From: the human T2T-CHM13v2.0 reference genome, Homo sapiens
Reading direction: 5' to 3' (one strand)
Assembly (NCBI RefSeq): GCF_009914755.1
Contig: NC_060944.1
DNA length: 64,000 nucleotides
The translations under genes were made by a program, and so were the position numbers. The notes beneath the pieces are model-generated. The model had not been told where the DNA came from and made no database searches. It saw only the letters and a list, made by a program, of their open reading frames with translations. This document shows, in pieces, positions 26,905-39,649 of this stretch (the first letter of the stretch is position 1; the number at the start of each line of letters is the position of its first letter).

Positions 26905-27230
26905 AAAGGGCCAGACTTGGGTGGGAGTCCTGGCTCTGCCATTTGGCAGTTGGCATCCTTAGGTTGCAATATCTAATTTTATGATTAGTCACTGAGTACC
27001 TACTATGTGGCAGCCAGGGGTTAGATCCTGGGGATAGACGGCTGTGCAGAACTGTCTTGGTTCCTGCCTCCATGGGTAAACAGCTGAGTAAGAGAGGCTA
27101 TGAGTCTCAATTTTCTTATCTGTAAAGTGGGAATATTTGTATGTTATCATAGGGGGTTGTTGGATGAATTAAATGAGAACGTGTATGCAAAACGCAGAGA
27201 ACAGGGCTGGAATACATGTGTCAAATGAAG
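26905..27230 (+). mobile_element. MIR interrupted by an antisense L2 3' fragment (~26985-27080)
   Basis: MIR head cctggctctgccattt, then L2 reverse complement actgagtacctactatgtg, then MIR core tctcaattttcttatctgtaaagtggg...aattaaatgaga. Confidence 0.6.
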
Positions 27231-27699
27231 GTTCCTCCATGTCCTTCTTCCCCATAACCTGCATCTAAAGTCTATACAAGGCTTTTCAGCTTTCCTTCTA
27301 CTTAATGTCTCTGAAAGTGACCTAATATGATATTCACTCACTTATATGTTCACCACTGGTGGGTGTAACTGAGGCCAAGGACACAGCAAGTCACAAGACT
27401 AACCTATTTACCAGATTGGAATTGGATCAGAAGTTCTCTTAGAAAGAGATGAAATAGCAAGCATTCTTGGGTCATCTGGGATGAGAGGAGTCTGATTTGA
27501 GAACGTTGCTCCGAGGATTAGGGAGAAACATCAGAAGCTTAACGTTTCCTTTAGACACATCCGTGATACCTTAAGTGGGAGAAGAGAGGAATATGGAGAG
27601 ATTTTCCTTCCTTTCACACATCCACGAAGATACTTTACCCTAATAGTAATGATGTGTATGTTGTGTGCTCAGCTTTCCCTTCCTCTTCATCATCCCGAC

Positions 27700-28015
27700 T
27701 CCCAACCCAATGCCCACCCATTGCCATTCCTATCCTTATCCCCGATTCCATCCCCACACCCATCCTCATGCCCATGGTTACCCATTCCTATTCTTATCCC
27801 CACTCTCATTCCCACACTCATCCTAATGCCCACTGTCACCTATTCCCATTCCTATTCTTATCCCCACTCCCATTCCCACTCCCATCCTAATGCCTACTGT
27901 CATCCATTCCTGTTCCTATTCTTATCTCCCATTCCCATGGCCATCCCAATGGCTACTGTCACTCATTTCTGTTCCTATTCTTATCCCCACACCCATCCCA
28001 ATGCTACTTATCCAT
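27700..28015. repeat. Degenerate C-rich minisatellite, hexamer-based with ~60 bp higher-order period
   Basis: ttcctat(t/c)cttatc(c/t)cc recurs at 27727, 27785, 27849, 27913 and 27972. Confidence 0.85.
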
Positions 28016-28779
28016 GACCATTTCTTTACTCACCTCTACTCCTCCCCATCAATTTTCTTCCCTGTTACCAACATCATTAATATTATCACCAGAATCTTTA
28101 TCACAAAATATCCCCGTCACTGGTTTGGTAGGTGCAACCAGATTTGATTTCCCTTTCTTCTACTCATAGGATCTTACATAAGTTGATCATGTTTGTTAAA
28201 TTTCTAGGATAACCCCCTTCCTTAATTCCAAGATGCATGCTTCCCTGTCTCACATGTTTTAATGTCTTTGAATTCAGAAGGTACCTCACAGAAAAATGCC
28301 AAAAGACAATTTCTAGCCACAGGTAGAAGAATGAGCTGTGACAGTGTTGTTATTGCTTTGACATTGCAATAGACTGCTGAAGTTTCAAAGATGGGAGAGC
28401 CTGGGTGACCAATTTTTATGTCCTGGAGAACCACCACTCAGATATTTACATAAGGTCTAAGGAAAGCAATGGCTGATTTCCAAGTGTCCGAGTTTCATTA
28501 ATAGGGAATTTCAAAACAAGGGAAAAAACAAAAGCTTGAGTTTAATCAAATAGGAAATGAGGACAAAACCTTGGTTTTCTTCAATATGTTTCAGATGATG
28601 ATGTTACTTCTAAAGTTCTTAAAATACAGAGCTTAGAATTAGGAAAAACAACATGGCACCTTGATACTAAGGGTAACTGCTCTTTGAGCACTGAGTAATT
28701 GAGTAATTTTCAATGACTTTGCTACTATGGATTGAATATTTTTCACTTATAAAAGTCAGTGAAAGTCTGGGAAAGTATA

Positions 28780-30350
28780 GATTTATATACATTTATTTTT
28801 GTATCTTGTCATCTAATGAGATATAATAAATTCATTAGTTTATCAAATTCTTGTATTATGTTTTCTAAATTTACAGTAATAACATTTGCAAATGATACCT
28901 GTTTTGATTCTTTATTTTCAGTAGTTAACCACTTATTTCTGCCTCCTACTTTATAGGCCAGAGCTTCCATCAGAATCAGTGTATTCAGATTTCCTAATAT
29001 TATTTAATTAATTTTGGTCATTATAACATTGTGATTTTTCTAGGAAATTACAGGTTTTTTTTTAAATCAAGACCATTGGTATATAGCTGTGCAGTATTTT
29101 CTGTATTAATTAAAAATTTCCCTCATATTTACTTTCATATCCCTTTATCCATTTTTAAATTTATGTAACCCAAATGTTACAGTCTCATGAGGTCAGAGTC
29201 TCATTAAGAAAAAATCCTGCATTTTGAAGGTTCTGAGTTTCCATCTGACTGGGTCCATGTATCAGTCCTCCTTATTTCTTGCCGCTAACATCATGCAGGT
29301 GTAAGTTCTATTAATTTTATAATCCCACTTCTTAAGGGTAACCACAACAAACATTTTGGAGTAGAAAACATCAGTCCTTTTTCTATACATACACAATATG
29401 TGTAAATATAATTTCATTTCTTACACAGTGGGGTCATATTATATATTGTTCTGTAACCTGTTTTTTAATGTATCCCAAAATATGTTCTTTATTGACTTCA
29501 TAATATTCCACAATATGGGTGAACCATATGCTATTTACTAATTTCTTTGTTGTTTCCTAGTCAGGTTGATCCATTTGTTTGCCACCGTAAGTCATATTAT
29601 GATGAACACATTTGTGAATAAATATTTGTTCACATTTCTAATTATTTCCTTAGGATAAAATTGTTAAGTAGGCATGAATAATTTTTCAGCATCCTTGATA
29701 CAGATTGCCAAATTACCCTTTAGGAATTTGTACTAATTTATACTCCCACTTGCAATCGATGAGTGCCTAGATTGCTCAACTGTCACCAACATTGAGTTTC
29801 TTTAATCTTTGCAAATTTAATAGATTACAAATGAAATCACATTGCTGTCTTAATTAGCATTTATTTGATTATTAGTAGGATGAACCTTTTAAATCTTCGT
29901 AATTTATGGTTCTTCTCCTCCTTTTTTGAGACAGGGTCTGGCTGTGTTGTCCAGGCTGGAGTGCAGTAGCTATTCACAGGTGTAATCATAGCGTACTGCA
30001 GCCTTGAACTCCTGGGCCCAAGTGATCCTCCCACCTCAGCTTCCCAAGTAGCTGGGATTATAGGTGCATGCCACTGCTCCTGGTTATCATTCCTCTTACA
30101 TGAACTTTCTCTGTCTGTCCGTGGATCATGTTTCCCTAACTCAGCGTTTGTTTTCTTACTGCTTTTAAGAGTGATCTAACCCGTAACCTTAAGGATATTA
30201 ACTCTTCATCATACATGTTGGAATTTTTTTTTTCTCAGTATGTTGTTGAATTTTTAATTTTTATAGTTAGGTTTATCAATATTTTTTGAAATTTATTTCT
30301 TCGCTTCTATTCTTAGTGAATTCTGTGATTAGATCAATATTGATTTCAGT
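28780..30350 (-). mobile_element. Old L1M(E) fragments
   Basis: gatacagattgccaaattaccctt...tactaatttatactcccac...tttaatctttgcaaatttaatag...ttaattagcatttatttgatta. Confidence 0.7.
29922..30083 (-). mobile_element. FAM (fossil Alu monomer)
   Basis: Monomer retaining the 7SL-derived segment gctattcacaggtgtaatcatagcgtactgcagcc, which is absent from FLAM and dimeric Alu. Confidence 0.85.
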
Positions 30351-32472
30351 TTTCTCCCAGAGGCTGAGCTGAGTTTTTGGTGGGTTTGGCACAGAGCTCC
30401 TTACCCTAACCTCAATAGCAGAACAGGCCTCCTTTATTGGGAGAGGGAATCCTCTTTGAATGAGACTGCAGCTTTGGGAAGGAGGAAAATGGAGCAGCTA
30501 TGAAAGATGGTTTGCTGTCCAGCTCATAAAGTCATCTGGCTCAGCCTGGTGATCTTGGGGTGGCATGCATCACATTCTCAGCCCCGTCTGTCTGAGCTTC
30601 TGTTTCCTTCTTTCATGTAAATCATTAATCTAAGATTTAGTTCAGTGCATATTTGAGATGAGGCTCTAACAACATATACAATATACAACAATATATATCA
30701 ACAACAATATGTATTATTAAATACATATATGTCATCTCCCTGAAGCCCTATAAGAGCCTAATGAGATAGATGGTGATATAATTTATAGAATAGGAAACTG
30801 AAGTTCAGGGGGGCCAGGCATTTTACTCAAGAACTCTGCCTTTGACATTGACCCAAATACTCTGCCTTGGTTAGTCCACTGGATGCAGTTGCAGTAAAGA
30901 GCTGGGAAGCTCCAAATCCCACCTACTTGATTGTGGAAAGGTCAGTCTCTTCCATGCTTCTGCTTTCCAAATGGCTTGGGGGATTTCTAGAGAAGCTTCC
31001 ATGTGTTCATAAATCAGTCCTGTTGTCATTCTCTCCTTTTCCAGATAAACCTGGGATGACTACGCCACACCCTGACATTACAGCATCTTGTTTTATCTCC
31101 CTGAGAGTGCTACCAGCAATGCCACCTCCAAGTGTAGCTGTTTCAGGTGTGGACCCTAACACTGGATTCGTGTACCCAGCTCTGATGCTGTCATCCCTCT
31201 TGTGGAGTGAGTAAAAGGACTTTCCTTTGTTATGGGATGCTGGATGCTGTATGCTGTGGTTAGTTGCACTGGGACTTTGTAATTTGAAGGCTCTGTTGCA
31301 GCTGTGTGTTCCTAGTGGTTTCAAGGTGCATCTCCTTTAACTATCCAGGCAATAATGGTTCCAAGAGGTGACAAGGACAAAGAACACTTCCTCCTTCTGA
31401 TTTATGCTCATTTGATGAATGTCTCATTGCAAAACCGTCCAGGCTCCAAAAATATTTTCCAGTTCTTATTCTTAGATTTTAAAACTTTTTCAGTGGTCTC
31501 CCTCCCTTCCTACTTCCTACCTCCCTTCCGCTCTCCCTACTTCCTTATCCCTCCCCGCCCCCACACAGCTTCCCACCCCAAATGCTCATATTGCAAATAT
31601 GCAAATAACAATTAAGATTCCGGGTTATAAAAACAGAAAGAAACTTCACTGCATTTAGGTGAAAGGAAATCTGTTGGCAGGATGTTCGGGATCTCAGAAT
31701 TGTTAGGCATCATGGACCAGGCTAGCTAAGAGCTCTGTAGATATATGAATCGGGACTCCCAGCAATTGTTTTATGGAAAGAAGGATCTGGTTGGGGCCCC
31801 TGTGCTATGCAGCAATGAATGGACTCTAGCCATTTCTTTCCACCTCTTCCTTTTTCTCCCTAGATTAGAAGTCCCCATGGAGAGTGTAAGCCTTCTAACC
31901 TTCCTCCACAAGCCTGCCCCTACTCCTGACTGTACTGGGCTAGAAGGAGGAGGATCATTTCTCTTTGGTGTCCCAAAGTTGAAGTGGTCACCTCTAATAA
32001 CCCTCCCACCAAAGATATGCACAATGAAGAGAGGCAGTTTTCTTAGAGGAAACTAAAGAGAAGTAATAAACACTGGGTAGCAGCTGCTGCCTCCACTTGC
32101 CTTGGAGAGTCTCTAAACCACTGACCTCTTAAATCTTTGCTGAGAAGTGGAACAAAACCATGGTGGGGATCCTTGGTGGAAAATCATCTATTGCCCAACC
32201 AATTGGGCTGGAAGGGGAAGTTTAGGTCAAGTGGAAGGCTGGAATTAGCCTCATCCATCTACATGGAGGCAGACTCCCTTCATCCCTTAGGCATTCAAGG
32301 CTGTGTTGGCCTCTTTATTTTTGTGTCTCTTCCTTCTCAGCGTTTGTTCTCCAGATCATGATTCCTCCCTGCCCCCTGGCTTTATTCCAGTTCACCCTAG
32401 TCTATCATACATTTAAAAAAATATCCTTGAACCTCAAGGAGGATTAGAGTTCTGTTTTTATTTTATAGGAGG

Positions 32473-32973
32473 GTAGGGTCTTAGTTCACATCCTTCTGAG
32501 AGGAGGAGTTGGATGCAAGCTCATTTGTTTATCTGGAGGATGATCCCAGAAAATGGAGAAGTAGGGAAAGAAGAACAGGGGAGGAGAAAAGCCAAACAAG
32601 CCAAACAAGTGGCATGCTGGTGAGTGTAAGATTATAGCTGTGGGCCACTTGGGGTCAATTCTGCTGGGGACCCACTGAAATAGTGTGTGGTATACACTGT
32701 AAAGTCTTCCCACTGGAGGGGGGAGGCTGGGACATCTATCCACTGATTCCTCTACCCCATCATTTGGAGATTGCTTCTGGGGACATTTGTGCTTGCAGCA
32801 GGTCAACACACTCAAGGAGTGATAGATAAAGCCCTTAGGCAGAGAAGAAAGACGTAGGAAGAGGCATTAGAGGTGGGAAGTGCCAGTGTCCTGGAAATGT
32901 TTCCATCTGCCACTGCAGGTAACCCAGGTGGGCCAAGGGGATATTAGGCAGGATGTCAAGAGCATCTGCTACA
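32473..32973 (-). mobile_element. ERVL LTR (LTR33-like)
   Basis: gggccacttggggtcaattctgctgggga...ggtgggccaaggggatattaggcagg...gcatctgctaca. Confidence 0.7.
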
Positions 32974-34395
32974 GAGCAGGCTCTTCATCTACTATGCAAA
33001 TTAGTGGATTCATCTCTGCAAGAGGCTAAGTACTGTTACAAGAAATTGATGGAAGACCCCAACGTCTTATCAGTTTTCCACATCCAGTGGGCTCTGTCTA
33101 CTCTACCTTGTCCCTTTTTATTACTTTGTGTCAAAATTATTGTCAGAAATTAAGGTCATAAATAGGTAGCTTAAAAAGTTTACGTTCACATCTATTCCTG
33201 GGATCACACATATTTCGTGTACTTCTCACTCAGTTCTTTAATTTCTACCAGATTAATACATTGCCATAAAAGCAGCTTCCAAGTGCAGTAATAATCACAA
33301 TAATCACTGTAAAATGTAATAGATAATTATATTGATGAAGAATTATATTTAGCCATATGCCAATATAAGAATACTTATTGATTCATGTCTATCATTGTTA
33401 TCTTCTCTCTAGCCTTTAGGCTATAGTTACCTGTCAGGATTAGTAGTGAGAAGTCTTTGGATGGATTTGGAAGGTTTGTCTGAGCCCTGGCAATGGGTAG
33501 GGTACAGATGACTAATGTGAATGGTCTCTAGTTTTGTTCTCTCTACAAATGAGCTATGGGACCTCAATAGGAACTGCACAACTTGCTTTGGAAATTGTCT
33601 GACTTGCACTGGTATTTTTGGATGACAGTTTTCCCACTGTTGATATGCCTTTCTCTTTACCAGCCTTTGTTGATTAGAACCATGCAGCAAGAAAACTCAT
33701 GCATCACTGGAATGCTCCAGTAGAGAGCATTCAGCATTGTGGGTTGGCTAATTGGTTGGGCAATAGTTGATTTTCCACCAAGAATCCCTGCCGTGGTTTT
33801 GTTCCACTTCTCAGCAAAGATTTAAGAGGTCAGTAGTTTAGAGACTTCTCCAAGGCATTGTTACTTTGACAAGATGTACCAGGGTAATTGATTAGTTTGC
33901 ACTTGATATTGCCATAAATAATTACAACAAAGCTATCCTTATCAAAACAAATGAACCAAGCAGTATGTCTGTTTTGCTGAACCCCATGTTCAAAGGGATT
34001 AGAAAGATTTAGAAATTAACCAAATCTGTCTTTGAGACACTGCCCCTGAATGAGAGACAGAGTATTGATTAACATCCTGGAGGAAATGACATTGTAAACA
34101 GCTCTGGTTTAATGAAACATGGTAGGGAAGTAGGGTAGCAAGACAGGGCTAGAATTCTGACCCTCCACTTACAAATATGCCCTTAGGTAAGATTTTTGCT
34201 TGGCTTTCTGTTACCCCATTGATGAGATAGGATAAAAATATGAATCCTTCAGGAGTATCATAAACATGAAGTGAAAGAATGTATGAGCAAACACTTTGTA
34301 AATTCAATAATGGCATGTAGATGTTACATGCTCTTGCTGTTAAATACGATATATAGCCCACTTCTTTCTACCCCTTTCCTGGTTTCTCTCTGAGG

Positions 34396-34607
34396 CAGAG
34401 ATTCTCAGCCTCAGCACTATTGACATTTGGAGCTGGATAACTCTTTGTTGTAGAGAGCTGTCCTGTGTATTGTAGAATGTTTGGCAGCATCCCTGGTCTT
34501 TACCCACTAGATTCCAGTAACAGCCTCCTGGTCATGACCACTGAAAATATCCCTAGATGTTGTCATATGTTCAGGGGGGCAAAATAGACCTTGATTGAGG
34601 ACCACTG
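34396..34607. mobile_element. MER20 (hAT-Charlie MITE), full length
   Basis: cag...gcactattgacatttgg...gcagcatccctggtct...gggcaaaat...gaccactg; 8-bp TSD ctctgagg/ctctgagt. Confidence 0.92.
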
Positions 34608-36239
34608 CTCTGAGTGTAGAGAAGTTGATGAACATTTCCTGGAAATTCTTTGGACCTTGCCTCTTTACTAGGGGTGGCATCCCTGTATGTTAAAAATGCT
34701 CACAGTCATTCTTTGCAAAAATTAATTCCAGGAGCCGGGGTGGATATATCAGCTCAGCCTAAGTTCCACTGTGGTAACAAACACTGCCCAAATCTCAGTG
34801 GCTATGTAACCCTCTCCTAAGAAGAGTCAGCCCAGGTCACATAGCCAAATCCACCCTAAGTGGGATGGAAGACATAGAATTTTTCCCTGCAAAAGATAGT
34901 GAATATTTTGAAGAATAATACAATCTACTACCAGGAGTTAGTTGGTAGAACACAGGTCCTTTGTAGTCTACAGATATTGCCATTTTTCTCACACATTTTC
35001 CTGGACTGACTTTTTCCAGGTACCAGCCAGTTACTTCTTCCAGGTACTTTAGGCCCCAGCTACCAGCTGGCAGGGGCTCAGTCTCCATGCCTTGGGTCTC
35101 TTGGACTTCTCTTCTGACCTGACCAAAGCTCCATGTTGGGGTATTAGGCACATGTGCAGCTGATCATCAAGGGACCGCTTTGATTCTCCTTTGCTTTTGC
35201 ACACATTTATGGCTCATGTAGAAACTTCTCAGAAAGAGCCTTCTAAGGGTTTCAGGCACAGAGGTGGCTAAATAGATCTGCAATCTGTAAAGATGTTGCA
35301 GCATGCTTGGTTGAAAAGTCAAGCAGTCAGTTAGTCATTTACTTGGAGTGTTAATATAATGACAGTCACTTGGTTGAGCTGATTTTGTCACTTAACTGCT
35401 GGAGACTGTCTACTGCTTAACTAACCAGCATAACCTTCCTCCCTGGTGACACAGCTGGAGTGTGTCAGAAATCCTATCACTTCAGTAGTGGGACTATGGA
35501 AATGAATCTTATAGTGGGGCTGAAGGTCACAATGGATGACAACGAAGGGTTTCTAAACCTGGATGCATAGGCTAAACTGGTCTGTTCGTGACATGGTGTT
35601 GCCCAGTTATTGAGGCAAATGCAATCACATTTTACCATTTATAAAACACTTTCATATCTACAGTCTTCCCTGAAAGTGCTTCTTGCTCTTTTATCCACCT
35701 GGAAAACTCCTATTCACCCTTTAAGAGCCCTCTTAGATGTAGCCTTCCCTGATGGCACTCTCCTCTCCATCATTATACAGTTGGTTGCTCCATCCTCTGT
35801 GCTGTCACAATAGTATCCTCCTCCTTCTGGTCTGTGAAGTTGCCAGGCAAAGGAGATTGCTCTGCTGGTCCTTGTATCCCAGGAACTCACCATTGCTCCT
35901 GGCGTTGGAAATACATGCAGGAACATGGCTGGTTTACTAGACAGTTTACCCAAATTTTTACCATGACTCTGTACGCCATTAAAAAAAGAGAGATTTAGAA
36001 AGATTTACTCACCTGCCTCAAGTCTCACAGCTGCCAATTAACTCTTTGTTGTAGAGAGCTGTCTGGTGGTTGGTGGAATTTAGCAGTCTCAGGACACTTG
36101 GCTTCCCTTTTGTTTTCCAGTAAAATTTGAGTCTTCTGGGCACTGATTTTAGATTGGTACAAGAGACAGTGATTGGATGCAGTTTTAGCTGTTCTAAAGA
36201 ACTGAGTGATATAACTTTGTGGCCCAGGGCTTACTTTAT

Positions 36240-36460
36240 TATGTCAGAAAGACGTGAGTTTGAATCCCAGCCCCTCCACTTACTAGCTGTGTGGCTTTAG
36301 GTGAGTTACTTAACCTTTCTGTGTCTCAGTTTCTTCATTTCTAAAATTGGAATCACAATAATGCCTATCTAATGAGATTATTTTTAAGGATTACATGAAA
36401 TAGCATATTTAAGTGGTTTTAGCATTTTTGCCGGTTATGTAGTACACACTGAATAATTCC
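36240..36460 (+). mobile_element. MIR SINE
   Basis: tttgaatcccagcccctccacttactagctgtgtgg...gttacttaacctttctgtgtctcagtttcttcattt. Confidence 0.9.
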
Positions 36461-37752
36461 TAGTTTTTAATACTGTTTTTATTTCTATTTCTCAAACAGT
36501 ATATTCTGTTTTATGTTGATGTATTGGATCCTTCCTTCTTTCCTTTGGTAAACTTTGTTGCATGTCTTCTTTGCCATGTATTGATGTCAGAAAGAATCCT
36601 TAAAATGACAATACCCAATTGCATGATTAATACCACTTCTTGAGTGCTTGGTTCATTTGAGCCCAACATCCATTGATCAAAATCAATAATCAATGACAGG
36701 CATTATTTCATTTAATCTTCATCACAACGTTATTAGGTAGACCTCATTTCTTCCCATTATATGGAGGAGAATACTGAGACTCAGAGTAATTAGCTGAGGG
36801 TTTAAGGGAAGAATGGATTGAAGCTGGGTGTGCTCAGACACCTGCGGAGGGAGCAGAGGAGTCCAGCAGTGTGTTGAGCCTTGGTCCTGTCCTGGCCCTG
36901 TGGTCTGTAAGAAGGAAGAAAGCCACCTCCATGGGTGCCAGTAGCTGCTTTCTTGACACTTTTTTTGCTGCTGAAGGAAAAGTACCAGATACTCTCCCCA
37001 GCTGACTCTCCAGGGTCAGTGGAGATTCTTGAGGGTCAGTGGACCAAAACGGACCTCCAGGGTCAGGGTCATTATTGAGGGTCCGTGGACCAAGGTCAAG
37101 AGGCCTTGGGAGTTGTTCTGCAGGGTGTGGCATGGTTCCTGCCCACCAGTTCCCTTCTGGGAAAGGAGAGGGCAATTCTGAGGAACAAAGAAGTTCAGAA
37201 GCCACCAGAGGGAGCAGAATCCTGTTCTGCCTCCTTGATCTACCAGAGAACTGATCACTAATTAACAAAGCCCAGCATCAGATTCTCTTCACGCTGCCAA
37301 AGCACAAGCAAAAACTTAAAAATTCCCTCTGTCATCCACATGGGACTGTCCAATACATAAATAAGGCAGAGACTCGTTTTGAGTGTCTGCGATGTGCACC
37401 TTCCTGACCCAATTCCATGAATTCTCTCAATAACGCTAAAAGGTGGGAAATAGTCATGTCCCCACTGCACAGATTCAACAGTATATTCATTCATGCATCA
37501 AGCATGTTTTCAGTGATTCTATGTGCCAGACATGTGCTGGGCACTGGAATACAAAGGTGAACAAGACAGCTGGGGCTTGGGGCTTAGAGAGGTGAGGTCA
37601 CTTGCCAAGTCACAGAGCTAAGTAAGCAGTGGAGCTGGGATGTGTCCATCCCCTGCAGAGTCTGAGCGCCCACCTGTTATGCAGAAGTAGTAGTCTGGCT
37701 GAGATCCCTGGGCTTTCTTCACCTCAGTTTCCACATGCAGATACCAGCAGTA

Positions 37753-37936
37753 AGTCATATGTGGTATGCTTGCCTTCAGCACACATTTCCTCAGTGGCCA
37801 CCTGGGCACAGACCCTACCCAGAAGGAGTTTATGCTCTAGCAAAAGAGGCGGGCATGTACAGAGTTGGTCAGCCATGTGCCAAGGCAGATTGTGATAAAA
37901 TCAAGAGCTGAGAATAGAGTATTAACTCTCACTGGG
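37753..37936 (+). repeat. Local direct duplication, copy 1 (partner 40503-40706)
   Basis: agtcatatgtgg...cttcagcacacatttcctcagtg...gagtttatgctctagcaaaagag...ttaactctcactggg is shared with 40503-40706. Confidence 0.93.
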
Positions 37937-38320
37937 GTACATGTCTTTAGAGGCCAAGTGACAAGCCTTAGGCTTCTGGTGAGGTTTGGGCAGGCTGATG
38001 ACCTGAATTCAGCTTTTCTAGCGCGGGTGGAGGTATTTCTGTTTCTTGGTTTTGCAAATACGAAAAGACCACTGGGTGTCTATAATTTCCACTTGTTTCA
38101 AGAGAGGTCACTGCATACCTGATTTTAAAAATGCCTTCTGAGTTTCTGCCAGTGCGAGTGAATGCTCAGCTGGTAAACAGCCCCAATGCTGGATGAGGGC
38201 ATAGAGTCCCCTGGGTCCTGCTGTGCAGGCCATGGTCAGGATTACAAACAGAAGCCCTTCATTACCAGGCATATCTTAGCTTGTCCTGTATAGTCTTCTT
38301 TCTCTGGTGAGTCACTTAAA

Positions 38321-38470
38321 CTAGCACTTTTCATACTTCACTGTGCATAAATCACCTGGGATCTTGTTAAAATGCAGATTCTGATCCAGTCAGTTTGGGA
38401 CGGAGCCTGCTAACAAGCTCTCAAGTGATATGATGCCGATTGTTCATGGACCACACTTTGCGTTGCAAGG
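38321..38470. mobile_element. MER5A-type MITE
   Basis: aatcacctgggatcttgttaaaatgcagattctgat...ctaacaagctc...ggaccacactttg. Confidence 0.85.
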
Positions 38471-38478
38471 ATGTAGGC

Positions 38479-38745
38479 CAGTATCTCCAAACTGGTTTAC
38501 ATAGAACTTTAGTGTTCAGTAAGGTGTTTGTTTTGCCATGTTAAATAAGTTTGGGAAATATTAGGTTAAACAAAGTTAAATGAGCTTTTGCACTGCAGGA
38601 CTTCTCAGAACTTTTAACATGTTACTGTGCACCTGTCTCTCCAAGACTTGGATTGAGTATACAGTTTCCCAGATTTTACCAGGAAACCCCCATTCTTGCC
38701 CAAGTCCCTCCCAAGAGTAGCCATTTAGTTGTGTGTTTTGGAACA
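38479..38745. mobile_element. hAT-Charlie (Charlie4-like) MITE
   Basis: aaataagtttgggaaatattaggttaaacaaagttaaa...actgcaggacttctcagaac. Confidence 0.65.
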
Positions 38746-39649
38746 CAGCTCAGACATCACTGCTCTGGACTTTCTCATTCTGGAAGCTTTTTGCTCTCCA
38801 CGCCAATGTATTTTCTTCCATGCTTCATCTTCCTCCAGTCTCTGCATATGTTTCCTTTCTTAGCCTGGAGATAATTCATTAAAGCAACTCTCCCACTCCC
38901 TGCCTCCCTCTTCAGATACACCTTTCCACCTCCTAACACCGTGACTAAAAAACACCATCAATATTTCATAAACTCACAGTGACAAATTTATTTTAATGTG
39001 GTCCACCGAGAGCCAGAGATTGATTGGTCCCTCAGAAGCGTGACACGTTTCAAAGCAGGATATTCATGGTGTGTTTTAGTGCCTACATTAGTCAGAGAGG
39101 AGCGGAGCCCGGATTTATCATCGTTATGACTTTCTTGGTGTCTATTCTCTTCTAGCCACTGGCAGCAACTCTCTGAATGCTCCCTATTGATTGGTTTTGT
39201 GTCTTTAAAATGTGCTGGCTGGGGAGGAGAGGGGGGACTTGGGTCTCTATGAAATTGAGCCTAGCTTGCTGGAGTTTCTGCATATTGGGAGCTTGTGTTT
39301 GGGTGAAGCCAACTCTAATTCTCTTGGTTTTCACTCATGAGGGCATTGGAAAAAGGGGCTAATCTCCTTGATTTCTGGAGAGTATTAGTGATTGGAAAAT
39401 GGGACAAATGTGTACGGGGACTGTTTTGCCAGCTGTCACTTTGCAAGCCTGCCCCACTGGCTGAGCAGGTCATAGTAAGTCCTTGACATCCGGGTCCTGA
39501 GGCTTGACAGTCTGATGAGGTTTTATTTTGTTGTTGTTGTTGTTTCCCCCCTCCCCCTACCCCCAACCTTTCAGGACAGGTACAGAGTAGGGTCAAAATT
39601 GTTCTTAAATTTAGAAAATCTCTTCCTCTCACAGATTAAATAATAATGA

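Noticed and set aside
27649-28017. His/Pro/Ser-rich ORFs
   Set aside because: Produced by the hexameric minisatellite
28220-28290. Possible MER104/Tc2-like fragment
   Set aside because: Match too short and degenerate to support
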